The notes: generated from the sequence alone by a model not told the origin. Shown: positions 32,893 to 44,011, counted from the first letter of the stretch. The stretch: DNA of 64,000 nt from an uncultured Candidatus Rokubacteria bacterium (GCA_963747235.1 CAVVEU010000013.1:128001-192000); one strand, 5' to 3'. Program-made: numbers and translations.

Positions 32893-33807
32893 CTATTCGG
32901 TTCCCTGGAACACACGCCCGAGGCTGGCCGGAGCCGCATGGCGCCGGGCGCCTCCCCAGACCGCCAGCACGACCAGGCTGAGGACGTAGGGGAGCATGTC
33001 GAGGAGGAACGCCGAGATCGGCACGCCGAGCGCTTGCATCTGGAGCTGCAGGGAGATCGCGCCGCCGAACAGCAGCGCGCCCGCGATCGCCCGCAGCGGG
33101 TGCCACTTCGAGAAGATCACCAGGGCCACCGCGATGAAGCCGCGCCCCGCCGTCATCCACTCGGCCCACGCCTTGGCCACGCCCACGGAGAGATGAGCCC
33201 CGGCGAGGCCTCCGAGGATGCCCGCGACGATCAGCGCCTGGTACTGGATCCGGTGAGGGTTCCGCCCGGCCGCGAAGGCCGCCACCGGGTTCTCCCCGAC
33301 CGCCCGCAGGCTCAGCCCCCATCGCGTGAAGAAGAGCACCCACCAGAGGAGGGTGGCGACGGGCGCGGCCAGGTAGACGAGCGCGTCGTGCGTGAAGAGC
33401 GCGGGGCCCAGGACGGGGAGCTCGGCGAGACCGGGAACCGGGATATCCGGGAGCCCGCCGATCTGGCTGCCGACATAGGGCGCGCCCAGGAGCGCGCTCA
33501 GCCCGACCCCGCAGAACATCAAGGCCAGCCCGGTCGCGAGCGGGTTGGCCCGGCGCGAGATCACGAGGAACGCGAAGATCATGTTGAAGAGCGCGCCCGC
33601 GAGCGCGGCCGCCGCGACGGCCAGCGTCGCGCTGCCGGTGGACACGCAGGTGACGAAGCCGACCACCGCGCCCACCAGCATCACGCCCTCGAGGCCCAGG
33701 TTCACGATGCCCGCGCGCTCCGAGATCAGCTCGGCCAGCGTGGCGTAGAGCAGGGGCGTGCCCGACACGATCGCGCCCGACAGGAGCCCGCGCGCCAGGC
33801 CGAGCAT
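32893..33807 (-). CDS. Nucleoside/sugar ABC permease
   Basis: ERAGIVNLGLEG, LRAVGENP, GRGFIAVALV. Confidence 0.9.
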   Translation of the reverse strand: MLGLARGLLSGAIVSGTPLLYATLAELISERAGIVNLGLEGVMLVGAVVGFVTCVSTGSATLAVAAAALAGALFNMIFAFLVISRRANPLATGLALMFCGVGLSALLGAPYVGSQIGGLPDIPVPGLAELPVLGPALFTHDALVYLAAPVATLLWWVLFFTRWGLSLRAVGENPVAAFAAGRNPHRIQYQALIVAGILGGLAGAHLSVGVAKAWAEWMTAGRGFIAVALVIFSKWHPLRAIAGALLFGGAISLQLQMQALGVPISAFLLDMLPYVLSLVVLAVWGGARRHAAPASLGRVFQGTE

Positions 33808-34862
33808 CAGCGCGTCCGGGGCGCCGTCCCAGCCCGGGGCGCCGTCCCAGGATGACGAACAGGATGACCGCCATCAGGATGTTCACCACCGACCCCGGGA
33901 TCGCCTGGGTCATCTGGAGGATGTCGCCGCCGGCGGTGACGACGGCGAGCAGGAAGGCCGCGCCCAGGATGCCGAGCGGATGGCCGCCGGCCATCCAGCT
34001 GATGAGGAAGCCGGTGTAGCCGTAGCCGGGCGAGAGGCTCGGCCGGAGCCGCCCCTGGATCGCGGAGACCTCGCACATCCCGGCGAGGCCGGCGAGACCG
34101 CCGCCGATGAACATCAGCCCGATCACGTAGCGGCCGACCGGCAGGCCGTTGCGCCGGGCGGCGTCGGCATTGCCGCCGATGGCGCGCATCTCGAGGCCCC
34201 AGCGCGTGCGGGAGACGAAGAACGCGAACAGCCCGACCGCCAGCAGCCCCAGGGCGAGGCCCAGATGCACGCGGCTCTGCCCGAGCACCGGGAGGATCGC
34301 GGCCGGGGCGAACTCGGCGGTCTGCGGGTAGTTGACCCCTTCGGGGTCCTTCCACGGCCCGAAGACGACGTAGTTCAGCGACAGGATGGCGATGTAGTTC
34401 ATGAGGAGGGTGGAGATCGTCTCGCTGACCCAGCCCCTGGCGCGCAGGAGGCCGGCGATGAGCCCCCAGAGCCCCCCGCCGAGAAAGCCGAGCGCGATCA
34501 TGAGGGGCAGCAGCAGCCACCCCGGGAAATGCCCGAAGGTGAGCGCGCCCCACGTCGCGAAGATCGCGCCGATGTAGAGCTGGCCCTCCCCGCCCACGTT
34601 GATCAGCCAGATCCGGGCCGGGATCGCCACCGCCACCGCGGTGAGGACGAGCGGGAGTCATCTTGACGAGGGTTTCCGAGAATCCGTAGGCGCTCCCGAG
34701 GGTGCTCCCGAAGATGTCGACGTACGCCTTGATCGGGTTCTTGCCGAACACCAGGAGCACGCCCGCGAACACGACGAGCGCGAGCCCCGCCGGCATGGCG
34801 ATGCTCGTCAGCCGGGCGCGCCAGGCGAGACCGAGGGTGGCGGACTCAGGCGGAGCGGTCAT
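33807..34862 (-). CDS. Nucleoside/sugar ABC permease (frameshifts)
   Basis: NVGGEGQ, ETISTLLMNY, EMRAIGGN, GYGYTG. Confidence 0.87.
   Translation of the reverse strand: MTAPPESATLGLAWRARLTSIAMPAGLALVVFAGVLLVFGKNPIKAYVDIFGSTLGSAYGFSETLVKMTPARPHRGGGGDPGPDLADQRGRGGPALHRRDLRDVGRAHLRAFPGVAAAAPHDRARLSRRGALGAHRRPPARQGLGQRDDLHPPHELHRHPVAELRRLRAVEGPRRGQLPADRRVRPGRDPPGARAEPRASGPRPGAAGGRAVRVLRLPHALGPRDARHRRQCRRRPAQRPAGRPLRDRADVHRRRSRRPRRDVRGLRDPGAAPAEPLARLRLHRLPHQLDGRRPSARHPGRGLPARRRHRRRRHPPDDPGDPGVGGEHPDGGHPVRHPGTAPRAGTAPRTR
33816..33850. repeat. 18-bp tandem duplication at the permease 3' end (LGRRPG x2)
   Basis: CCGGGGCGCCGTCCCAG at 33816-33832 and 33834-33850. Confidence 0.8.
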
Positions 34863-36390
34863 GACGCTCCGATCCGCCGGTCATCAGGTAGCCGATCTCC
34901 TCGATGGTGGTGTCGGCGGGGACCCTCGATCCGGCGAGCCGGCCGTGGAAGAGGACCACGAGCCGATCGCTCAGCGCGAAGAGCTCGCCGAGATCCTCGG
35001 AGATGAGCAGGATGCCCGCGCCCTCGTCGCGCGAGGCCACGAGGAGATCACGCGTGGCGATGGCGCTCCGCACGTCGAGGCCGCGGGTCGGATAGAACGC
35101 GACGATCAGCTTCGGCCGCCGCGCCAGCTCCCGGGCCAGGATCACGCGCTGGACCGTCCCGCCCGAGAGCGTTCCCAGCGGCGCCTGCAGCGCCGGGACC
35201 GCGACGCCCAGGCGCGCGAGGGAGCGCGCGAGGTCGCTCCGCGCGCTCTCCCAGTCCATGGCCAGGCCGCCATGACGCGCGTAGCGGCGGGTGTCGCCGA
35301 GGGCCATGTTCTCGAGGACGGTCAGCTGCGCGGCCCCCGCCATCGCGAGGGCGTCCTCGGGGATGAAGGCCACGCCGCTGGCGCGGACCCGGGCCACCGG
35401 CCAGCGCGTCGCGTCGGCGCCGCCCAGGAGCTTGACGCCGCGCGCGCATCGCGCGAGCCCGAGGACGAGGTCGCCCAGCTCACGCTGGCCGTTGCCGGAC
35501 ACGCCCGCCACGCCGACGATCTCGCCGGGCGCGACGGCGAGGTCGATGTCCCGGAGGCCGACCGCGCGCCCGTCGGCTCTCGTGCCGACATGGCGCAGCT
35601 CGAGCCGGGGCGGGCCGGCCGGCCCCGCCGCGCCGCGGCGGCTCGGCGCGACCTCGGCGACGGAGCCGATCCGAACATCAGCGACACGAGCGTCTCCTCG
35701 GTCGCGTCCGATCGCCGCAGCGTGCCCGCGATCCGGCCCCGACGCATGACCGAGATCCGATCGGCGCCCGCGAGCACCTCATCGAGCTTGTGGGTGATGA
35801 AGACGACCGCGTAGCCGTCGCGGCGGAGGTCGGCGAAGACGCGGAAGAGGCCGGCCACCTCCTGGGGGGCGAGGCCGCGCGTCGGCTCGTCGAAGATCAG
35901 GATGCGCGCGTCGGCCAGGAGGAGCTTGACGACCTCCACCTTCTGCCGCTCGCCCACCGAGAGGCGCCAGACCGGGGCGCTCGGCTCGACCTCGAGACCG
36001 TAGCGCTGCGAGAGCGCCTCGATCCGGCGCGCGATCGCCGGCATGTCCGGCACGGGGGGCAGGTTGGCCTGGAACAGGGCGACGTTGTCCGCGACGCTCA
36101 GCGCGGGGATCTGGGCGAAGTCCTGGAAGACCATGCCGATGCGGAGCTCCCGCGCGTCGTGGGGGGAGCGGATCTGGACCGGCCGATCCGCGACCCGGAT
36201 CTCCCCCGCGTCCGGCCGGTAGAAGCCGTAGAGGATCTTCATGAGGGTGCTCTTGCCGGCGCCGTTCTCGCCCACGAGGGCGTGGATCTCGCCGCCGTAC
36301 GCGTCGAAGGACACGGCGTCGTTGGCGACGACGCCGGGGAAGGCCTTGGTGATGCCGCGGACGGAGAGCAGGGGAGCGGTGTCCGTGATC
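34846..36390 (-). CDS. CUT2-type double-domain ABC ATPase (frameshift near 35650; start uncertain)
   Basis: GENGAGKST, LSVGERQK, FDEPT, GVSGNGQ, LSGG, PTRGLD. Confidence 0.87.
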
Positions 36391-36474
36391 GACGGTCAGT
36401 GTCAGATCCTCCCCTCGTGGAATCTCGCGGGAGTATAGCGCAGGCGCCGGGTTCTCACTATAATCGCCGCGGCC

Positions 36475-37725
36475 ATGAGCGTGAGCATCGGGGCGGCGAA
36501 TCGGGAAGCGCTCGAGCGGCTCTGCCGCGCGCGGCCGGCGTGGACGGCGGTGCGGCCGGCGAAGGACGCCATCGGGCTCGTGGGGCGCGCGCTCCTCCAC
36601 GCCGGGCCTCCGATCGCGTGGGAGCGCATGTGCGGGCCGATGCGCGGGGCGGTCACCGCCGCGATCCTCCACGAGGGCTGGGCGACCACCGCGGAGGCGG
36701 CCGGGGCGCTGGCCGCGTCGGGCGAGATCTCGTTCAGCCCGTGCCATTCGCGCGGCGCGGTCGGCCCGATGGCGGGGATCATCTCGCCGAGCATGCCCCT
36801 GCTCGTGGTGGAGGATCAGGCGAACGGGACCGCCGCCTATTCCTTCATCGCGGACGGGCCGTGGGGGCATCAGCTCCGCTTCGGCGGCCACGGGCCGGAG
36901 ACCCTGGCCGGGCTCGCGTGGATCCGCGATGTCGTCGCTCCCGCGCTGGCGTCGGTCCTCGACCGGGAGGGGCCGATCGATCTCGCGAGCCTGATGGCCC
37001 AGGCGTTCACGATGGGCGATGAGATGCACATGCGCAACGCCGCCGCGACCGGGCTCCTCGCCCGGCGGCTGGCGGCGCCGCTGGTCGGCGTCGTGCAGGA
37101 CCGCCGCGACCTCGAGGCGATCATGCGCCTGCTGACGCGCGACAACGACCAGTTCTTCCTCGCGTGGGCGATGTGCGCGGCCAAGGCGGCGAGCCGGGCC
37201 ATCGAGGGGATCGAGGGCGCGACGGTGGTCTCGACGATGGCGCGCAACGGGGTGGAGTTCGGCATCCGCGTCGCGGGGCTGGGCGACCGGTGGTTCACGG
37301 GTCCGGCCAGCGCGGTGGACGGGCTCTACTTCCCCGGCTTCAGCGCCGCCGACGCCAACCTGGACACCGGCGACTCCGCGATCATGGAGACCTACGGGCT
37401 GGGCGGGATGGCGATGGCCGCGTCGCCGTCGGTGCAGAAGATCGTGGGCGCGAAGTCGTTCGCGGACGCCGTCGCGACGACCCGGCGGATGGGCGAGATC
37501 TGTGTCGGGTCGAATCCGCTGTTCCCGGTGGCGGCCCTCGAAGGAGAGGGGACGCCGACCGGGATCGACATCCGCAAGGTCGTGCAGACCCGGATCGTTC
37601 CCGCGATCAACACCGCGATCGCGCACCGCGGAGCGTCCCGGATGATCGGCGCCGGGATCTCGACGCCGCCGCTCGAGCCGTTCGTGGACGCGCTCAAGGC
37701 GTTCGCCGAGCGCTACCGAGCATAG
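36475..37725 (+). CDS. DUF1116/YlbE (AllG-like) oxamate carbamoyltransferase subunit
   Basis: LLHAGPPI, SPCHSRGAVGPMAG, MGDEMHMRN, MARNG, GDSAIMETYGLGG, PTGIDIRKV, INTAIAH. Confidence 0.88.
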   Translation: MSVSIGAANREALERLCRARPAWTAVRPAKDAIGLVGRALLHAGPPIAWERMCGPMRGAVTAAILHEGWATTAEAAGALAASGEISFSPCHSRGAVGPMAGIISPSMPLLVVEDQANGTAAYSFIADGPWGHQLRFGGHGPETLAGLAWIRDVVAPALASVLDREGPIDLASLMAQAFTMGDEMHMRNAAATGLLARRLAAPLVGVVQDRRDLEAIMRLLTRDNDQFFLAWAMCAAKAASRAIEGIEGATVVSTMARNGVEFGIRVAGLGDRWFTGPASAVDGLYFPGFSAADANLDTGDSAIMETYGLGGMAMAASPSVQKIVGAKSFADAVATTRRMGEICVGSNPLFPVAALEGEGTPTGIDIRKVVQTRIVPAINTAIAHRGASRMIGAGISTPPLEPFVDALKAFAERYRA

Positions 37726-37761
37726 GGGCCCGCGCCGGACGGGCGGCGGGATCGGGCGGAC

Positions 37762-39301
37762 GTGGCTCTCCGGGGAACGGTCCGCCGCTCGTTCTACCAG
37801 GACTCGATGGTCCTGATGCGCGTCGCGGGTGAGCTGCGCGGGCGCCCCGGTGTGCGCGAGGCCGCCGCGCTCATGGGGACCGCCGCCAACCACGAGCTGC
37901 TCGCGTCCGCCGGCCTCGCGGCTCCGCCGGTGCGCGACGCGACGCGCCGGCGACCTCATGCTCGTGGTGGACGCCGAGAGCGACGCGGCGGCGGATGCCG
38001 CCATCGAAGCCGCCCACGCGCTGCTCGACACGCGCCGGCGCCTGCGCGAGGAGTCCGGGCGGGTGCTGCCCCGGACGCTCGAGTCGGCGGTGCGCCGCCT
38101 CCCCGACGCGAACCTCGCGACGATCTCCGTCCCCGGCGCCTACGCGAAGCTCGAGGCCATGACGGCGCTGCGGCGCGGGCTTCACGTGTTCCTCTTCAGC
38201 GACAACGTCGCCCTCGCCGACGAGATCGCGCTGAAGCGGGTCGCGACCGAGAAGGGGCTCCTGTGCATGGGCCCCGATTGCGGCACCGGGTACCTGAACG
38301 GGGTCGGCCTCGGATTCGCCAACGTGGTGCCGCGCGGCCGGATCGGGTGCGTCTCCGCCTCGGGCACCGGGCTCCAGGCGGTGGCCTCCCGGCTCGCCTC
38401 GCTCGGCGAGGGGATCTCGCACGGGATCGGAGTCGGCGGCCGTGATCTCTCGGCCGAGGTGGGCGGCGTGATGACCGCGTTCGCGCTGGAGACGCTGGGC
38501 GCGGACCGCTCGACGGAGCTGATCGTCGTGATCTCCAAGCCGCCGGCGCCGGCGGCGCTCGCGCGGCTCGAGGCGGCGATCCGCGTCATCGGCAAGCCGG
38601 TGGTGGTCTGCTGCCTGGGCGCGTCCGCCCCGGCGGGGGCTCCCGGGCGCTGGGTGGCCACGCTCGAGGATGCCGCGGAGGCGGCCGACCGCCGACGTGC
38701 GCGCGACGCCGTGGGTCCCGCGCGCCTTCGGCGATCCCGAGGACGTGCGGATCCGGCTCGCGCGGCTCGGCGCGGATCGACGGCGCGGCGGAACGCTGCT
38801 CGGACTCTTCGTGGGCGGGACGCTCGCGCACGAGGCGCGGCTGGTGCTCGACGCCTGGCTGGCGGCAGCCGAGCGCCCCCGCCGGCGGCCGGCACCGGAT
38901 CCTGGATCTCGGCGCCGACGAGTACACGGTGGGACGGCCCCACCCGATGCTGGATCCGGTCCAGCGCGACGCGATGGTCAGGGAGGCCGGGCGCGATCCG
39001 AGCGTGGGCGTGCTCCTCCTGGACCTCGTGCTGGGCCGGGGGACGCATCCGGATCCGGCGAGGTCGCTGGCGGCCGCGGTGGCGGACGCGCGAGCCGCGC
39101 GCCACCCGCGCGGGCCGCGAGCTGACCGTGGTCGCGTCCGTGATCGGGACGGCGGGTGACCCCCAGGGGCTGCCCGGCCAGGTCGCGGCGCTCGAGGCCG
39201 CGGGCGTCCACGTGCTGCCCGGGAGCGCCCAGGCGGCCCGGTTCGCCGCCCTCGCGCTCGACCCGACGCTCGGGCCGCGGCTCCTGGAGGCCCGCGGATG
39301 A
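37762..39301 (+). CDS. fdrA: FdrA (AllF-like) acyl-CoA synthetase-fold protein (several frameshifts)
   Basis: YQDSMVLM, ISVPG, LFSDNV, MGPDCGT, ASGTGLQ, GGRDLS, ISKPP, GRPHPMLDP. Confidence 0.85.
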
Positions 39302-39468
39302 GCGTCGAGAATCTCCTCGGCCGGCCGCTGCGCGTGATCAACCTCGGCCTCGAGGTCTTCGCTCAGGAGCTCGAGGCCGACGGCGTGACGGTGCTGCACG
39401 TGGACTGGCAGCCGCCGGCCGGCGAGGCCGGCGGGGCCGATCTCCTCGCGCTGCTCGACGACGAGTAG
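39298..39468 (+). CDS. Stand-alone 56-aa FdrA C-terminal-tail-like protein (not in the ORF track)
   Basis: SD GGAGG 39286-39290, ATGA overlap; MSVENLLGRPLRVINLGLEVFAQELEADGVTVLHVDWQPPAGEAGGADLLALLDDE*. Confidence 0.8.
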   Translation: MSVENLLGRPLRVINLGLEVFAQELEADGVTVLHVDWQPPAGEAGGADLLALLDDE

Positions 39469-39471
39469 GTG

Positions 39472-40307
39472 ATGGGCGGCGAGGCGCGGTGGCTCGACGT
39501 GCTGAGGCTCGCTCCGGCCGTCGCGCTGCGGCTCGAGGCGGCGCCCCCCGAGGCGGGCCGCGTCCATTCGGTGTTCGCGCGCGCGGTGAACCTCTCCTGG
39601 CATGACGGGAGACTCCTGACCCTGCAGGCTCCGGGCGCGCTGGGGGCGCCCTTCGCCGCCGCCCTGGCTCGGATGCCCGCCACCGGCGCGATCCATCCCG
39701 GCGCGCGCGTGAGGCGGTGCGGCGACGGGCTCGTCCTCGGCGGCATCGGCGTCCGGTGGCGTGGCGCGACGCTCACGAATACCGCCATGCGCGAGAGCCC
39801 GGGCGCGCCGCCGCCGGCCCTCGCGGGCCTGAGGGACGAATGCCACGGGCAGAGCGGTCGCGCACTGTGGAGCCCGATCGGGCACCGCGCGCGGTCACGC
39901 CTGGCCGAGGGTCTGACGCGGCGGCACGCGGAGACCTTCCTCGACGGGGCCTTCGGGTTGATCGGCCTGGGCGAAGGGCTGACCCCGGCCGGGGACGACT
40001 GCCTCGTGGGCGCGCTCGCGGTGGTTCAGCGGTTCGACCGGTCCTGGCTGGCGGCGCGTCCCGAGATCCGGGCCTCCGTGCGACAGCGGGCGTGGGACGG
40101 CACGACCGCGGTCGCGCGCGAGTTCGTCGTCCACGCCCTGGCCGGCGACTTCTCGGAGAGCGTCGTCGACGTCCTGGAGGCGGATTCGGTCGAGGCGGTG
40201 CGGGGGAGCGCCGCGCGCCTGCTGGGTGTCGGCGCAACCTCCGGGTCCGACACGCTCCTGGGCATCCGGCTGGCCCTCGCGGCGCTGCAGCTCCGGGAGC
40301 GGGGTGA
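39472..40307 (+). CDS. DUF2877/YlbF (AllH-like) protein (end approximate)
   Basis: VHSVFARAVN, GLGEGLTPAGDDCLVG, VGATSGSD. Confidence 0.82.
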
Positions 40308-40327
40308 CCGGGACGCCGGGGCGAGAG

Positions 40328-41443
40328 CTACGCCTCCGTCGCGTGCAGCCTCACGGACCGGCCGGTGGCGGAGGACCGCTCGATCGCGTCGATCAGCTTG
40401 TGGCGCTGGACGGCGAGGGCGAAGTCGATGTCGAAGGATCGACCGGTGCCGCAGGGCGTCGGCCAGGCGCGCGTAGGCCTGGGCGACGTTGTAGGGCGGG
40501 CCACCCGGCGTGCCCTCCGGAGCGAGCCTGTACTTGGCCGGCACCGGCATCGGCGCCATGGGCTCCTTGCCCTTGCCCGCGTGGGCCTGACTCGGTCCGA
40601 TGTTGAGCGAGCCATCCGTCCGGATGACCAGGGCGCCCTCGCGCCCGTAGATCTCCATTCGGTTGCCGCCGGGATTCGAGGGAACGGCGGCCACGTTGAC
40701 CGTCACCTCGGCGCCGCCCACCAGTCGGCCGACCACGTTGATGCTGTCCGGCGCGTCAACCGGAACCGGCTTGCCCTCCAGGGTGTGCCACTCCGGGATT
40801 CGAGTCGACACACGGGCCGAGACCTCGGCAAACTCGCCGAGCACGGCGCACAGGGCGTCGATGGCGTGGCCGCCGGCGATGGTCAGCGTGTTGGCGCCGT
40901 TGGCGCGTACGCCCTGCCAGATGCGGCCGGGGCCCCGCTGCAGCTGGGCCTGGGCCACGGTGGTCAGGTTTGCCGTGAGCACCTCGCCGACGTAGCCCTC
41001 CCTTGACGAGGTCGGCCGCGTACAGAATCGCCGGGTCGCTGCGCCCCTGCAGACCGACGATGGTCTGTCACGGAGCGCTGGCGGGCGAGCCCCGCCATTT
41101 CTTCGGCCTCCGCCAGATTCGCGCCGAGCGGCCACTCGCAGAGCACGGCCTTGCCGGCCTGCAGGCCGGCCATGACGAGGTCTCGGTGACCGGGCACTCG
41201 CACGCAGACGACCAGGAGATCGACGTCCGGGTCCGTCGCCATGTCGCTGAACCGGTGGAATGCCCGCTCGGCCCCGAACGCCGCGGCCGAGGCCCTGGCG
41301 GTGTCCTCGTGCGAGGTGCAGACCGCCTTCAGCTCGTAGCGGGGCAGGGCCTTCAGGGCGGGGACGTGGGCGTTGGCCCCCCAGCCGCTGCCCCCCTGCG
41401 TCACGGTCGCTCCCACGATTCCTACGCGTATCGGGTCTGTCAT
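40328..41443 (-). CDS. Gfo/Idh/MocA oxidoreductase (frameshifts)
   Basis: RVGIVGA, AHVPAL, VLCEWPLG, GGHAID. Confidence 0.85.
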
Positions 41444-41459
41444 CGGAACCTCCGCCGCG

Positions 41460-42068
41460 TCATGTCTCGGCCGGGGCTGCCGGCTCACCGAGCGACAGCA
41501 TCAGCCGATTGGCCCAGTTGAAGAACGCCGCCGCATGGACGACGTCGGCGATCGCCAGATCGTCGAGCCCCGACCGGCGCAGGCGGTCCACGTGCTCCCG
41601 CCCGAACGTGATCGGGGTGGCGGTGAGCGCGACCGAGGCCGCGACGATGGCGTTCCAGCGTTCTCCGAGATCGGCGGCGACCCCGTCGCCGAGCAGGCGC
41701 TCCACATCCGCCTCGCGCTTCGAATAGGTCGCGGCGTGTCGCGCATGCACCGAGGCGCAGTAGATGCACCCGTTGAAGCGAGAGGTGGCCGCGGCGGCGA
41801 GCTCGCGCTCCGCCCGCGGCAGGCCCGCATCGGGGTTGTAGAAGATGTCCTTGTCGGTTCGCGTCCTGGCCTCGAGCGCATCCGGGTCGCGCGCCAGGAG
41901 GCGGAAATACGGCGACTTCACGCGCGCGGCGTCCACGAAGCTCGCCATGTGGCGGTCGGTCAGCGCCTCGACCATCAGCGGCTCGAGCCAGGGGAGCCAG
42001 TCGAGCTGTGCCCGGGTGAAGGCAACGGGAGCCGTGTGGTCGGGGGGAACCAGAACCGTATCGGGCAT
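41460..42068 (-). CDS. AhpD-like alkylhydroperoxidase domain protein (Avi_7169-like)
   Basis: ERELAAA, NGCIYCASVH, FFNWANRLML. Confidence 0.88.
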   Translation of the reverse strand: MPDTVLVPPDHTAPVAFTRAQLDWLPWLEPLMVEALTDRHMASFVDAARVKSPYFRLLARDPDALEARTRTDKDIFYNPDAGLPRAERELAAAATSRFNGCIYCASVHARHAATYSKREADVERLLGDGVAADLGERWNAIVAASVALTATPITFGREHVDRLRRSGLDDLAIADVVHAAAFFNWANRLMLSLGEPAAPAET

Positions 42069-42084
42069 GTCGGGACCTCGGGTA

Positions 42085-42693
42085 TCAGGAGCCGCTGGCA
42101 AGGGTGCGCAGTCCGACCACGACTCGAATCTGGAAGGACAGGAAGGCGGTGATCTGGGAGAGCGTCACGATATCGGTCGCGGACCAGCCGGCGTCCAGCA
42201 GCGCCTGCAGCGCGGCCGGGTCGGCGTCGCGCGGGTGCAGGACGAGCAGGTGCACGTGCTCGAAGGCCGCGACGAGGCGCGGCCCCAGCACGCGGCGGGC
42301 GGGCGGGCTCACGCGGTAGACCGGCCCGGCCGTATTCTCGCGGCTCAGCGGACCCGGGGGGAAGCTGCCGTAGGGGCCCGACGCCCGGGCCTCCGCGATC
42401 GCGGCGTCGACCGCGTCGCGCAGCGACGGCGAGGCCCCGCGAGTGGACAGGCCCTCGGCATAGAACGCCGAGATCGCCGCCTCGCCATGCAGGCCGGTGA
42501 CGAAGGTGCCCACCGCGAAGCGCTCCTGCGGGGTGACGTCGCCGGGGACCTCCGGCGCGAACAGCGCGCGGTAGCTCGCCTGCGCGTGGGTGCGCGCCTC
42601 CGGCCGACGGGCGCGGACCGCATCCAGGGACGATCCCGGCTCGATCCCGACCAGCGCGTCAATCACGTCCGCGTCCGTGCCCGACATGGTCAT
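42085..42693 (-). CDS. CMD-domain protein (Avi_7170-like)
   Basis: DVIDALVGI, HAQASY, HPRDA, IVTLSQITAFLSFQIRV. Confidence 0.82.
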   Translation of the reverse strand: MTMSGTDADVIDALVGIEPGSSLDAVRARRPEARTHAQASYRALFAPEVPGDVTPQERFAVGTFVTGLHGEAAISAFYAEGLSTRGASPSLRDAVDAAIAEARASGPYGSFPPGPLSRENTAGPVYRVSPPARRVLGPRLVAAFEHVHLLVLHPRDADPAALQALLDAGWSATDIVTLSQITAFLSFQIRVVVGLRTLASGS

Positions 42694-42706
42694 CGTCTCC
42701 GTGTGT

Positions 42707-43744
42707 TCACGCGATGCGCCGGATCCCCGCCTCGTCATCGCGCGTCCAGCCGAGCGCGGGGGCCACCACCTCGGCGACCAGCTCGATCGAACGGATGATG
42801 AAGGGATGCGGCGGGTCGATCGAATGCACCTGGACCGTGAAGTCGGTCGAGCGGGCGAGCGCGCTATCCGCCTGGAGCGAGGCGATCACATCGGCCGGTG
42901 TGCCGAGATGAACGTTGAAGGCGCCGATCAGGTCGCCGACCGTTGCGCTCCCGGTCGCGCGGCCCGACCTGGCGAGACGCGCGCGATGACGCTCCAGCCC
43001 GGCTTCGGCGAAGCGCTGCGCGTCGTCGCGGTCATCGGCCACGAACACGGTGCGCGAGGCGAGGATGCGCGGCTCGCGGTCCTCGGGCAGCGCCGCCAGA
43101 TAGGCATCGATCATCGGGTTCTGGATCTCGGCCAGCGACATGTCGGGCGCGTCGGCCGGTCGTGGCTGCGCGCGCGACAGCATCAGGCCGTCCCCCGCCG
43201 CACCGGCCCGCCTGGCCCCGTCCATCGTGAACGTCGCCTGCCAGATGCGCTCGCCCAGGTGCGGAGTCGACGGATACAGCCGGTCGCCGCCGGCAAGCGG
43301 CCGCCCGGCCCAGGCGTCGCGCAGGACCTGGAGGTGCCCGGCGAGCAGCGTCCCGCGCTCGGCGCTGTCCAGGCCGAACGCGGCGAATGCGGACAGGTTG
43401 CCCCCCGGCCCGACGCCCACCTCCAGACGGCCGCCGGACATCAGGTCGAGCACCGCGGCGTCCTCGGCCACCCGGATCGGCAGCTCCAGCGGCAGGGTCA
43501 CGATCGCCGTTCCAAGGCGGATCCGCGATGTCTGCGCCGCGACCTGCGCCAGGAAGACGAACGGCCCGGGCAGGCCGCCTTCGTCTTCGTGGAAATGGTG
43601 CTGCGCGACCCAGGCCGAATCGAACCCAAACCGCTCGGCGTGGATGATCTGCGCGGTCGCCAGGCGGTAACGCTCGGCGGGGTCCGCCTGATCGAGCAGG
43701 CGCGTGAAGAAGCCCAGGCGCTTCGGCAGCTTTGCGGTCGTCAT
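42707..43744 (-). CDS. FMN-dependent luciferase-like monooxygenase (KPN_01858-like)
   Basis: LGFFTRLLD, WVAQHHF, RVAEDAAVLD, QVHSIDPPH. Confidence 0.87.
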   Translation of the reverse strand: MTTAKLPKRLGFFTRLLDQADPAERYRLATAQIIHAERFGFDSAWVAQHHFHEDEGGLPGPFVFLAQVAAQTSRIRLGTAIVTLPLELPIRVAEDAAVLDLMSGGRLEVGVGPGGNLSAFAAFGLDSAERGTLLAGHLQVLRDAWAGRPLAGGDRLYPSTPHLGERIWQATFTMDGARRAGAAGDGLMLSRAQPRPADAPDMSLAEIQNPMIDAYLAALPEDREPRILASRTVFVADDRDDAQRFAEAGLERHRARLARSGRATGSATVGDLIGAFNVHLGTPADVIASLQADSALARSTDFTVQVHSIDPPHPFIIRSIELVAEVVAPALGWTRDDEAGIRRIA

Positions 43745-44011
43745 CGTCGCTTTCCCGCGCACCCCCGAGACAGTGTCCGAGATCCGCCGGGCCACCGCAA
43801 GGGGCGTGGGTGGAGGGCGGGATCGTGGGCGAGCGCGATGCCCCTCGTGCAGCTCGATGCGTAACCACGACAACCCGGCTCACGGAACCGAAACCATCCC
43901 GCCTGCATCATAAGTCGTGCGCCCCAGGGAGGGCGCGGAATGGAATAGCGTTCTTCGCGGTCCGGATCCGCGCGGCCTTCAGGTCACTACGGTAAGAGGG
44001 GGGATGGATTC

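Noticed and set aside
30495-32939. 814-aa BMP-EamA-DinB ORF
   Set aside because: DinB has its own promoter and GTG start; the read-through from EamA is best explained by an indel at its stop
43829-43845. Possible sigma54 site GGGCATCGCGCTCGC upstream of the LLM gene
   Set aside because: The GG-N10-GC spacing is right, but both flanks deviate from consensus; likely chance in GC-rich DNA
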